Source: Thermoproteota archaeon
GTDB lineage: Archaea > Thermoproteota > Thermoprotei_A > Sulfolobales > Ignisphaeraceae
Direction: 5' to 3'
Assembly (NCBI GenBank): GCA_030550585.1
Contig: JAUQPB010000001.1
Span: 64,001-128,000, forward strand
DNA length: 64,000 nucleotides
Below the pieces are notes generated by a model, which ran no database searches, was not told the origin of the DNA, and saw only the letters and a program-made list of their open reading frames with translations. Of the stretch, positions 30,393 to 39,853 are shown piece by piece (the stretch's first letter is position 1; every line of letters starts with the position of its first letter). The position numbers and the translations under genes were made by a program.

Positions 30393-30716
30393 ATGCGAGT
30401 AGCTGAAAGTGAGATGCAAAAACTTGTTGATATAGCTAAGGAGATGTGCTCAAGATATAGGGTCTTGTGTCTAGAGCCTGCTGGGGAACTAGACTACAAG
30501 TTGCTGGTGTTTTCACTGACATGGATAGAAAACTTTTTCTATGTGGATCCGCAGATGTGTAGCAAGGATGCTACATGTGCTGAAAAGGTTATTGAGATGC
30601 ATAGAGATGTTCTGAATTATGCTCTAAGAGGAGAGTATATAATTGATTTACGCAAAGAAAAGTTTCTAGAGGCTGTGGAGAAGCTTCTCAAAATAGAACA
30701 GCCTTCGACTCCCTAA
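30393..30716 (+). CDS. Hypothetical protein
   Basis: 107-aa ORF with a TATA-like TTTATATA upstream. Confidence 0.65.
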   Translation: MRVAESEMQKLVDIAKEMCSRYRVLCLEPAGELDYKLLVFSLTWIENFFYVDPQMCSKDATCAEKVIEMHRDVLNYALRGEYIIDLRKEKFLEAVEKLLKIEQPSTP

Positions 30717-31281
30717 GTCTTCTCCAAGGATTGAAGCAAAGCTCTCTCCACAGTTGACTAGCCACAACCCTATTTTGAGGTAGCGATGCTATGTAGTCTA
30801 GCTCTAGATGCCCTTTATACAAGACTGTGTCGTCTTCGTACGAGCATGCAAGCCTTTCTAAAAAGTTTATGGTGCTCTCCTTAAGATGTTCAAAAGGTAT
30901 CTCGATGTAGCCAAGACCCCTAAACATTTTAATCGATGCTATGTTACCTCTATGCGTGGTAGCCACATACATGTTACTACCAGATATGTATTCGGCTGAG
31001 GACACAAGAACCTTGCCTATACCCCTCCCCCGATACCTTTCATCGACAGCCACATAATATATTACAGTCAAGTCATCTGGGCTAAGCCCAGCCTTGTAAA
31101 ACACCAGCGACCCTACCGCAACGTTATCAACAAATGCTATCAATGCCCTACACCTCCCCAGCTCTAGACATGTTGTAGCAAAGTAGGTGTGGTACCACCC
31201 CATGTTTCTAGTCAGAATAGCTTTGACCGTATCTAGGCATTCCACACTACATTCATCTATCTTCACTTTTATCAACCCCAT
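30688..31281 (-). CDS. GNAT N-acetyltransferase
   Basis: VAVDERYRGRGIGK and N.ASIKMFRGLGY motifs. Confidence 0.88.
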   Translation of the reverse strand: MGLIKVKIDECSVECLDTVKAILTRNMGWYHTYFATTCLELGRCRALIAFVDNVAVGSLVFYKAGLSPDDLTVIYYVAVDERYRGRGIGKVLVSSAEYISGSNMYVATTHRGNIASIKMFRGLGYIEIPFEHLKESTINFLERLACSYEDDTVLYKGHLELDYIASLPQNRVVASQLWRELCFNPWRRLRESKAVLF

Positions 31282-31348
31282 TTATTTTCGGCTATCTCTC
31301 TCCTTTATAACCTTCTACTCAATTAAATAATACTGTAGTATTTCACAA

Positions 31349-32353
31349 GTGCTACCACGGCTGATAAATGTGCTTTCAAACACCCTCGACTTCGCACTAA
31401 CACATTTTGGCACTATTAGAAGTAAGGTTGATGAGGTAATAAGCTTTGATGTTGCTAGAAACGTCAAGTCTATGTGGATTTTCTATAGGGGATATCGAAA
31501 CTCTTATCAAAAGAGGTATAAGATAACGGCAATTGATAGTGGATACAACTATAGGGAGTTCCGAGGATATGCACTCTACATACAGAATACGGTGTGGGTT
31601 TCTATAGATGGTGGTGGCGAGGAGATGAGCAATGGTGTAGTCGATATAGATGTTGTGTCTAGTAGCAACGTAGAGTATGATCTTTCTCTACTCTCATCGA
31701 TAAGAGAAATAGATTTTATGTGCAAGCTCATTCAAAGCTCTGACATTGTTTTGATTGATGGTAGTCTAATAGCTGTGTTCTCAAAGTTTAGAAAGGCTTT
31801 GTTTGATGGGGATAACGAGCTTGTTGAGGCAAAGGGGTTTAACATCAAAAACGTTTTGAATGACCTGCTGATAACACTTTCTTTGTATCCAAGGAAAGTG
31901 TTTTTCATATCGAAGAACTCCACAGCTAAGGATGTTCTCGGCCTAGTCAAAGGGGATATATACTACTTCGAGAGATATACAGACGGGTTGCCCGGGTATA
32001 CAAAACCTGTTGATCTTACCAACTCTAGGCATATAGGTATTGCAGTAACTGCAAAGACGTTTAGACAAAGTGTAAAGAGGGTTACAGGTATTGATGCCAC
32101 CATCTACATGTCTTATGTTAGATTCGAGCCATTTTCAAGAATATACAGAATAGAATTTGTTGGAGAGGCTAGCGAGCCTGTAGAGCCTAGAGTCAGGCAT
32201 TTGATAGACGTTCTATCACAATACATAGTCTCCGGCTATCCCTACCCACTTATGAGAGCAGATCAAATAGCCCATATTAGCACTGGAGATGTTGATAGAA
32301 TAGCCGCTGTACTAGGCATCTCCTCAGATCCATACGATAGAGAGCCTTTGTAG
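31349..32353 (+). CDS. nurA: DNA double-strand break repair nuclease NurA
   Basis: AIDSG, LIDGSL, ISKNS and GYPYPLMRAD motifs, adjacent to herA. Confidence 0.85.
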   Translation: MLPRLINVLSNTLDFALTHFGTIRSKVDEVISFDVARNVKSMWIFYRGYRNSYQKRYKITAIDSGYNYREFRGYALYIQNTVWVSIDGGGEEMSNGVVDIDVVSSSNVEYDLSLLSSIREIDFMCKLIQSSDIVLIDGSLIAVFSKFRKALFDGDNELVEAKGFNIKNVLNDLLITLSLYPRKVFFISKNSTAKDVLGLVKGDIYYFERYTDGLPGYTKPVDLTNSRHIGIAVTAKTFRQSVKRVTGIDATIYMSYVRFEPFSRIYRIEFVGEASEPVEPRVRHLIDVLSQYIVSGYPYPLMRADQIAHISTGDVDRIAAVLGISSDPYDREPL

Positions 32354-32357
32354 GCGG

Positions 32358-33863
32358 TTGAAAATGGCTTTGCAAAAACTTGTGGAGCTTGGGGATGCCG
32401 CTAAAGAGAGTGAGGTTGTTGGCTACATAGTTGGAGAGTCTAAGCCCTATAGAGCTGAGATCCTGGCTTTTAGACCTCTTGCAATGGGCGAGTACCTGTA
32501 TATGGAGTACCATGGGTATAGGGTGCTAGCATTTGTCGCAAACTCGATAACTGGTAGCACAGTTATATCAAGAGACTTGATTGATCCTAGAGATGTTGAG
32601 AGACTTGTTAAGAGTGTGAGGGTTGGCGAGAGGCTTTTCTATCATAGGGGTGTGATCAAGATTCTAGGCTCTGTGGAGAACGATGGTCACAAGCTCCACA
32701 TACCAGCTATACCGCCTCCGCCAGGGACAGAGGTATACAAAGCCCCTAAAACAGTTTTAGAGATGGTGTTTAGCCCGAGGAGACACGGCTATGTTAGAAT
32801 CGGCACGCTTCTGAGAGAACCAGATATAGAGGTTAGGGTAAATATCAACAAAGTTGTCTCTAGGCATCTGGGAGTGCTTGCAATGACTGGAATGGGGAAG
32901 AGCAACCTCGTTGCATTGATTGCCAAGAGAGTTGAGGAGCTTGGAGGAACAATAGTTATATTCGATTACCACGGGGAGTACACATCACTTAGAAACACTA
33001 CTTTGATAAAGCCTGTTCTAGACCCATTGAGGCTTACCCTAGATGAGCTTGCAAGGCTTTTGAACATACCAAGGAACGCAACTAGACAGAGAATGGTGCT
33101 CAAAGAGTGTTTGGATTCGATCGATGAGGAGACAGCTAAAGAGTTTTTCAATGTAATGAAGAGATGTGTTCAAGGGAGGGTTGCAAGATATGGCACATCT
33201 GCCCAAAAGGTTCTAGACTCTCTAACAGTCTACGAAAACTTTTTGAAGAGGATTCTCAAAGAGGATTCAGGCGATGTTATAGACAGGATAGTGATGGGCG
33301 CTATAAACGTTGTTGATTTGAGCGAGTTGCATCTAAACCACGCTGATGCTGTGATAGCACATTGGCTCTCAAGGCTCTTGGAGGCTAGAAAGGTTAGTGT
33401 GTGGAGCAATGGCTCAAGAGGGTTTCCAACGCCACTTATAGCAGTTATAGAAGAGGCCCATGTATTCATACCGGCTGATGAGGACACAGCTACAAAGTAT
33501 AGCGCATCGCTTGTGGCTAGAGAGGGTAGGAAATTTGGTTTGGGGCTTGTCATAGTGTCTCAAAGACCCAGGGGATTAGACCCAACCATCCTTAGCCAGT
33601 TAGGAAACCTAGCAATTCTTCGGATAGTTCATCCAGAGGACCAGGCATATATATCCAAGTATTGCGAGCCCGTTATGCAGGATGTTATGGAGGAGCTGCC
33701 AGGTCTCAACATTGGAGAAGCTATATTGCTTGGAGAATGGGTGCCGATACCAGCTGCCACTAGAATTGATTTGGTTAGCGAAAAAGTTAGTGGTATGGAT
33801 ATAGATGCTGTGGGTATTTGGAGTAGGTATGGGAAAAAGGAGCTAGATCTCCAAGTCTCTTAG
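32358..33863 (+). CDS. herA: HerA helicase/ATPase
   Basis: HAS-barrel N-terminus, [35 protein letters not shown] and SQRP motifs. Confidence 0.92.
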   Translation: MKMALQKLVELGDAAKESEVVGYIVGESKPYRAEILAFRPLAMGEYLYMEYHGYRVLAFVANSITGSTVISRDLIDPRDVERLVKSVRVGERLFYHRGVIKILGSVENDGHKLHIPAIPPPPGTEVYKAPKTVLEMVFSPRRHGYVRIGTLLREPDIEVRVNINKVVSRHLGVLAMTGMGKSNLVALIAKRVEELGGTIVIFDYHGEYTSLRNTTLIKPVLDPLRLTLDELARLLNIPRNATRQRMVLKECLDSIDEETAKEFFNVMKRCVQGRVARYGTSAQKVLDSLTVYENFLKRILKEDSGDVIDRIVMGAINVVDLSELHLNHADAVIAHWLSRLLEARKVSVWSNGSRGFPTPLIAVIEEAHVFIPADEDTATKYSASLVAREGRKFGLGLVIVSQRPRGLDPTILSQLGNLAILRIVHPEDQAYISKYCEPVMQDVMEELPGLNIGEAILLGEWVPIPAATRIDLVSEKVSGMDIDAVGIWSRYGKKELDLQVS

Positions 33864-34562
33864 AGTTAGCTTCTTTCTGCTCCTTCCACTCTCAATAGAC
33901 TCTAACTCCTCCGACAATATCTCCTCTTCTTTCTTAGTCTCTCTCAAGCATCCAAGGTCCCTAAGCTTGATATAGACATTTCTAACTGCTAGAAACACCT
34001 CATCCTCGCTTTTCGCACCTGTTATAACCATCTTCCCACTGCTGAATATGAGTAGAACGACGTGGGGTTCACTCATTCTGTATATGAGGCCTGGGAACTG
34101 CTCCGGCTCATACATTGTGTTCTCTAATAGGAAGGCAACCTTCTCTAGCATAACCTCTGAACCAATGTTTGCAGATGCCACAATGTTTTGTATTTGTATC
34201 CTCGGCTTGGACGATATTGTTACATAGTATTTTAGAAGCATTTTGATTATCTTCTTCACAGCTCTTATGAGCATTGGAGTGCTCTTAGCACCTGTAACAA
34301 CCATTCTCCCAGATCTGAAGACAAGTGCTGTAACCTTTGGATTGTCCATTCTCAGTACAAGCCCTGGAAACTGCTCTGGGTCATACTCGACATTTGGCAG
34401 TACTTTGTCTAGGTAGTCCAGATCTATGGTCTGTCCTATCGATACTGTGGCAACTATGTTCTCAACTTTAACACTTATGAACGGGTTGTTTAGGTCTAGG
34501 AGGTATTTCTCGTAAAATTGCTTATAATAGGAGTCTAAGGATGAAATAATCTCACTCTCAAT
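33843..34562 (-). CDS. tbp: TATA-box binding protein (open frame shown, true start codon uncertain)
   Basis: Two TBP repeats: ENIVAT...[12 protein letters not shown]...LVFRSGRMV and QNIVAS...[12 protein letters not shown]...LIFSSGKMV. The first repeat begins upstream of the track start at 34349. Confidence 0.95.
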   Translation of the reverse strand: MESEIISSLDSYYKQFYEKYLLDLNNPFISVKVENIVATVSIGQTIDLDYLDKVLPNVEYDPEQFPGLVLRMDNPKVTALVFRSGRMVVTGAKSTPMLIRAVKKIIKMLLKYYVTISSKPRIQIQNIVASANIGSEVMLEKVAFLLENTMYEPEQFPGLIYRMSEPHVVLLIFSSGKMVITGAKSEDEVFLAVRNVYIKLRDLGCLRETKKEEEILSEELESIESGRSRKKLTLRDLEI

Positions 34563-34632
34563 TCAAGTTTTTAACTTAGGCTTATATACCTCTAACCAGG
34601 TTTATAAGCTCTTTTTAAATTATGGCAATGAA

Positions 34633-35400
34633 TCAAAACATTGCTAGAAGATCCTCTACAGCTGATAGTGTTGGAAGTTCGAACAGACCTTCGTTCTCTA
34701 CTATTGCAAAGGGCTTTGCATCTCTCAAGACACCAAACCTCTTTATAATTGGAGACAAGTAGCTTTCAGGTGATGTTGAAACAGAGGTGCCAGTTTGATA
34801 AGCTCCCGCTGCAGGTAGCACAACAGCTGTTGACCCGTTCTGAAGCGGAATTCTCAGGAAACATGGAAGCTTTGTAACAGTCTCTGTAACAGGATCTTTT
34901 AACGCTATGCTCGGATGCTCATGACCCATTATAACCAGCTTTGCGTTATCTCCCAAATCCATTTTTTTGTGCCCATGAACAAAAAGCATGTTTTCAATCT
35001 CCATAGACTCATAAAACTCTATTCCATATCTCTGCGAGAGAGAGTATATGAAGTTGTCGTGGTTTCCCCTCACCAGAACAACTCTATTGAATCTCTTCTT
35101 GACGTAGAGTATAAACTCGTGGAGATCCTTAGACTCTCTTCTACCAAGCTTGTCGAACAGATGCTTTATATCCCCAACAATAATAAGTGTATCCACATTT
35201 ACTGTGTTCAGAGCCTTTTCAATAATATCTATAGCCTTGTTTAACTGCATTCTAGGAATGTAAATCCCCTTCGTAGCCATATACTCCTCAAAACCAAGAT
35301 GGATATCGGCAACAACAAGAGATTTCAAGCTACCGGTAGAGAGATAGGCTATGGGAAGATCATCGACACCGTAGATACCATTGTAAATCTCGTATAGCAT
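34633..35400 (-). CDS. Metallophosphoesterase (calcineurin-like)
   Basis: ADIHLG, GDIKH, GNHD, HGH and GHEHP motifs. Confidence 0.9.
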   Translation of the reverse strand: MLYEIYNGIYGVDDLPIAYLSTGSLKSLVVADIHLGFEEYMATKGIYIPRMQLNKAIDIIEKALNTVNVDTLIIVGDIKHLFDKLGRRESKDLHEFILYVKKRFNRVVLVRGNHDNFIYSLSQRYGIEFYESMEIENMLFVHGHKKMDLGDNAKLVIMGHEHPSIALKDPVTETVTKLPCFLRIPLQNGSTAVVLPAAGAYQTGTSVSTSPESYLSPIIKRFGVLRDAKPFAIVENEGLFELPTLSAVEDLLAMF

Positions 35401-35479
35401 AACTACTCTCGCAGATCTTTTACCACTGTAAAATGCTTAACCTAGCAAAAAGTCTTATGCACCCCTTAGCTCTACTGTT

Positions 35480-37048
35480 TTAGCATGGCTCTATTGTTGA
35501 GGGGGGTTTCGACGATATTGCATATGTAACCATCGTTACACCGGGTATTTCCCGCGCTATTCTATTCGATATCCTTTCAAGAATCTCGAGCGGTATTTTA
35601 CTCCAATCAGCTGTCATGGCATCTTCGCTTTCAACAATCCTCACAGTAACTATGTATCCCAATTCTCTTCTATCTCCTTTTACACCAACCCATCTATCCT
35701 CTCCAACAACGGCAAATGCTTGCCAAACCCTCTCATACAGCCCCTCCCTCCTCAGCTCTTCCTCAACTATTTTAGAAGCCCTTCTGACTATCGCCAGCTT
35801 CTCTTCTGTTACCTCACCAATTATCCTAACGGCTAGTCCGGGACCTGGAAACGGGTGTCTATATGCCCATTCTCTCGGCACTCCAAGCGCTATAGCCAGT
35901 TTCCTCACCTCATCTTTGTATAGATGTCTTATAGGCTCTAAAACCCTTAGATTTAGCCATTTTGGCAGTCCAGCAACGTTGTGGTGGCTCTTGATCTTAT
36001 CTGCGCCAACTGCACCACCACTCTCTATGACATCTGGGTATGTTGTTCCCTGGGCAAGCCACTTTATATCTTTGTTGCTTTCGGCGATCTCCTTGAATAT
36101 TTCTGCAAATAGTTCTCCTATGATCCTCCTCTTCTCCTCGCAATCTTTAACACCTTTGAGTGCCTTCAAGAACCTCTGCGATGCGTCGATGTATATCGGG
36201 TTAATGCCAAGGCTTCTAAGCATATTCAAAACCTCTCTATCCTCATCCTCTCTAAGAAGACCGTGGTTGACAAAAACAGCTACTAGCCTATCTCCAATGG
36301 CTCTTTTCAGTAGGAGAGCTGTTACAGTTGAGTCAACACCGCCGCTAACTGCGCATAAGACCTTCTCATCCCTTCCCACAGCAGATTTAATTTCATCTAC
36401 AATACGATCTATTATGTTTCCCGGATTCCAGTTTTGTCTAGCCTTGGCTATTCCCACAACAAAATTTTCAATGAGTTTCCTACCCTTTGGGGTGTGGTAA
36501 ACCTCTGGATGGAACTGAACACCATATACAGGTCTATCGATAAGCTTAAACGCTGCTATATAGCCTGTTTCAACAGATCTTGCCAATACAATGGCTTTGT
36601 CCCTAGGAACCTCAGCCACATAGTCGCTGTGGGACATCCACACAAACTCTCTCTTGCCCCAACCAGCAAAAATATCATTGTGTGCTACAATCTCTATCTC
36701 TGTTTTCCCATACTCGCCAACACCTCTCTCAACCCTGCCACCAATCAAGTAGGCTAGAAGCTGATGTCCATAGCAAATACCTAGAATAGGCACACCAACA
36801 TCAAGTACCCAGCCACCTATTACCGGGGGATTGGGAGATGCTATAATACTGCTGGGCCCGCCAGACAATATGATTGCCTTGGGCCTAATCCTCTCAACAA
36901 CATCAACACTGAAATCAGTGTAATTGACAATCTCGCTATAAACATTGAGCTCCCTAACCCTTCTAGCAATCAAGTGAGCATACTGACCACCAAAATTGAC
37001 TATGACTACAGTGTCAAACTCCTTGAATGGAGTCCAGCCACTCTCCAT
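35480..37048 (-). CDS. guaA: GMP synthase (glutamine-hydrolysing)
   Basis: GICYGHQ, QFHPEV, SGGVDS, IKSHHNV, HPFPGPGLA and KPPSTIE motifs. Confidence 0.97.
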   Translation of the reverse strand: MESGWTPFKEFDTVVIVNFGGQYAHLIARRVRELNVYSEIVNYTDFSVDVVERIRPKAIILSGGPSSIIASPNPPVIGGWVLDVGVPILGICYGHQLLAYLIGGRVERGVGEYGKTEIEIVAHNDIFAGWGKREFVWMSHSDYVAEVPRDKAIVLARSVETGYIAAFKLIDRPVYGVQFHPEVYHTPKGRKLIENFVVGIAKARQNWNPGNIIDRIVDEIKSAVGRDEKVLCAVSGGVDSTVTALLLKRAIGDRLVAVFVNHGLLREDEDREVLNMLRSLGINPIYIDASQRFLKALKGVKDCEEKRRIIGELFAEIFKEIAESNKDIKWLAQGTTYPDVIESGGAVGADKIKSHHNVAGLPKWLNLRVLEPIRHLYKDEVRKLAIALGVPREWAYRHPFPGPGLAVRIIGEVTEEKLAIVRRASKIVEEELRREGLYERVWQAFAVVGEDRWVGVKGDRRELGYIVTVRIVESEDAMTADWSKIPLEILERISNRIAREIPGVTMVTYAISSKPPSTIEPC

Positions 37049-37280
37049 TATAGCACCTACAACGCCTTAAAAACTCAAAGCGTATAGTAAAAGTCTAGGA
37101 TTATAAGCTCAAACGTGCTCTAGGCAACTCAACAAAATAGCGTTGTAAATGTTGATCAATTTTGATTCAGGCTTTTCTGCTTAGCTATACCCTAATATTA
37201 TATTGAGTATATATGAATGCGTACCCAAATCTCATTGCCTGCCTCCCAAGCATTGCCATGCATAGGCTATAGCAAATTTT

Positions 37281-37330
37281 GTGAACACTTGTTCACGTTA
37301 TGTGAATAGCACATGCATGCTCTGTTCACA
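37281..37330. promoter_or_regulatory. Two related inverted repeats upstream of glnA
   Basis: GTGAACA-CT-TGTTCAC (37281-96) and TGTGAATAG-N12-CTGTTCACA (37301-30). Confidence 0.55.
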
Positions 37331-37434
37331 TAGACATAGTGAAATAGTTGAATGGACATTTTAACAGATTTTTATTGACTATTACCAGTAAGAATATATT
37401 TTTACGTGTATAAGCCGTTTTGCTGTGAAATAAA

Positions 37435-38820
37435 ATGGGTGAAGACATCTCAGAAAAACTAGATAAGCTTGGGATAAAGTGGGTCAACCTCCAATTCACC
37501 GATGTTGTAGGCATATTCCGCCAGGTTACCGTGTCTAGGGAGTTGCTCACTCCAGAGGCTTTTGAAAATGGGCTGGGAAAGCTTGATGGCAGTAGTGTGA
37601 AGGGGTTTACAGGTATTGAAGAAAGCGATCTAAATCTTAAGCCGATTAAAGAGACTTTCGCTGTTATTCCATGGCTCAACGGAGTCGGTAGAATGATATG
37701 TGCTGTATATAGAGGTGGCGCCAGGTTCCCCAAGGATCCCAGAAATGTTGCTGAAGGTCTCGATAGCCTGCTTCGCGACAATGGCTTAAGGGCTTTTGTA
37801 TCACCAGAGCTAGAGTTCTTCATATTTGACAAGGTCACAGTCTCTATAGACACTTGGAGACAGTTTGTCGAGATCATGAGTTCCGAGGGGTACTGGACCT
37901 CTACACAGCCATTCAATGTGCTGAAGGAAGGCTACTACGTTACCTATCCAAATGATAAGTTTGAGGATCTGAAAATCGAGATTGGTGAAACACTCAAGAA
38001 GTTCTTTGGCATAAATGTCGAGGTATTTCACCACGAGGTTGCCGGGGCTTCACAACATGAAATAAACTTCAGAGGTGGTGAGGTAACAAACACTGCAGAT
38101 GTTGTTCAAACTGTGAAATATGTTATTAGATCTATTGCCAGTAAGAAAGGGTATATAGCAACATTCATGCCAAAGCCTCTCTACGGAGATAATGGATCTG
38201 GCATGCACGTACATGTAAGCATTTGGAGAAATGGTGAGAACCTATTTTATGATCCAAGCGATGAATATGCAGGAATAAGCCAATATGCGAGATACTTCAT
38301 AGGAGGCTTGATAGAACATGGAAGAGCTTTATCAGCACTTGTAAGCCCCACCGTTAATAGCTACAAGAGGCTTATACCGGGCTATGAAGCTCCAGTCTAC
38401 CTAGTCTGGAGCAAGGCAAATAGAAGCGCTGCCATAAGGGTTCCTGCATACCACAAACTCAATAGCCACTCTAAGAGAATAGAATATAGACCGCCAGACC
38501 CAACAGCAAATCCATATCTAGCCCTATCAGCAATAGTGCTAGCAGGTCTAGACGGGGTCAAGAAGAAGATAGACCCCGGTGACCCGATAGATGAGAACGT
38601 GTATAAGATGAGTCCACAGAAAAGAAAAGAGCTTGGGATAAAAGAGCTTCCAAGATCGTTGGACGAGGCATTAGATGAGCTGGAAACAGATAACGAGTGG
38701 CTAAAGCCTATCTATCCAAGCGAGTTGATAGAGACTTATATAGAGTTGAAGAGGGAGGAGGCTAGGAAGATACAGTCATATCCATCGCCAGCAGAAATAT
38801 ACAACTATATAAACTACTAA
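37435..38820 (+). CDS. glnA: Glutamine synthetase type I
   Basis: DGSSVKGF, PELEFF, HHEVA, TFMPKP, NGSGMHVH, NSYKRL, NRSAAIRVP and IEYRPPD motifs. Confidence 0.97.
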   Translation: MGEDISEKLDKLGIKWVNLQFTDVVGIFRQVTVSRELLTPEAFENGLGKLDGSSVKGFTGIEESDLNLKPIKETFAVIPWLNGVGRMICAVYRGGARFPKDPRNVAEGLDSLLRDNGLRAFVSPELEFFIFDKVTVSIDTWRQFVEIMSSEGYWTSTQPFNVLKEGYYVTYPNDKFEDLKIEIGETLKKFFGINVEVFHHEVAGASQHEINFRGGEVTNTADVVQTVKYVIRSIASKKGYIATFMPKPLYGDNGSGMHVHVSIWRNGENLFYDPSDEYAGISQYARYFIGGLIEHGRALSALVSPTVNSYKRLIPGYEAPVYLVWSKANRSAAIRVPAYHKLNSHSKRIEYRPPDPTANPYLALSAIVLAGLDGVKKKIDPGDPIDENVYKMSPQKRKELGIKELPRSLDEALDELETDNEWLKPIYPSELIETYIELKREEARKIQSYPSPAEIYNYINY

Positions 38821-38920
38821 ACATTTTCATACGTGTTTATACATACTTAAATTTATTAAACAATTAAGATATACTTAGTTGATTATAATTTAGCAGAAAA
38901 GCCACAAGGTAGCAATACCT

Positions 38921-39853
38921 ATGTGTGGTATAGTAGGCGTAATGTCCACAGATGGTTTTGGCCCCGTTGGAGCTTATCTTATAGATTCCTTGGAGGCTCT
39001 CCAGCACCGCGGAAAAGACTCTGTGGGTGTAGCTGTATATAATGCAGGGTACGTAGAGAAAGATGCCATTAAGCTACATGTTCTAACAAAAGATGTTGTA
39101 GGCGCTTTAGGCAAGGTTGCAACAGCTATTGCCTCTGTTCATGGAGACATCAGAAATATTGCTATGGGGCTCTATTTGAAGGAAGGCTATAGCTACGATT
39201 CTATAGAGATAGTCTATAAGGGTTCTATAAAGCATTTGTATGATGCTGTGGAGTCTACTGGTGTAGCGAGGGTTGTGAGTATTGGTAGAAGAGCTCTTAT
39301 ATACAAATACACCACAACTGTGAGGGAATTCAATGGTATTTTCAATATTTCTGGTTTCCAAGGATCTCATGGAATTGGACATGTGAGATTCTCAACAGAA
39401 AGCGGTGTTGATATATTTCATGCACATCCATTTCAAGACCTTGAGAATCCTGACATAACCGTTGTTCACAATGGGCAAATAACTAACTATTGGAAGCTTA
39501 GGTCGCTACTTGAGATGAAGGGCGTAGAATTTCTAACAGACAATGATTCTGAGCTAATAGTTCACTATGTTGCATACAAAATGTCTAAGGGACTATCACT
39601 AGAGGCAGCACTCAAAGATGCTATAAATGTGTTGGAAGGTCCTTTTGCATTCATTATCGCTACTCCCGACGAGATTGGTGTAGCATGTGATAGACTTGGT
39701 TTAAGACCACTTGTTATCGGCATTTCTGATACTATTCATGCTGCTGCAAGTGAGGAAAGGGCTCTACAAGTTCTTGAATCTAAATATAATGTAAAGTTTC
39801 GTAAAAAACAGTTGAACTCAGGTGAAGTTGTTGTATGGAGGCTAAAAAGATGA
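38921..39853 (+). CDS. Class II glutamine amidotransferase subunit of split glutamate synthase, with ACT-like insert
   Basis: MCGIVG, LQHRGKDS, GHVRFST, AHPF, HNGQITN, DSE and DRLGLRP motifs. Confidence 0.88.
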   Translation: MCGIVGVMSTDGFGPVGAYLIDSLEALQHRGKDSVGVAVYNAGYVEKDAIKLHVLTKDVVGALGKVATAIASVHGDIRNIAMGLYLKEGYSYDSIEIVYKGSIKHLYDAVESTGVARVVSIGRRALIYKYTTTVREFNGIFNISGFQGSHGIGHVRFSTESGVDIFHAHPFQDLENPDITVVHNGQITNYWKLRSLLEMKGVEFLTDNDSELIVHYVAYKMSKGLSLEAALKDAINVLEGPFAFIIATPDEIGVACDRLGLRPLVIGISDTIHAAASEERALQVLESKYNVKFRKKQLNSGEVVVWRLKR

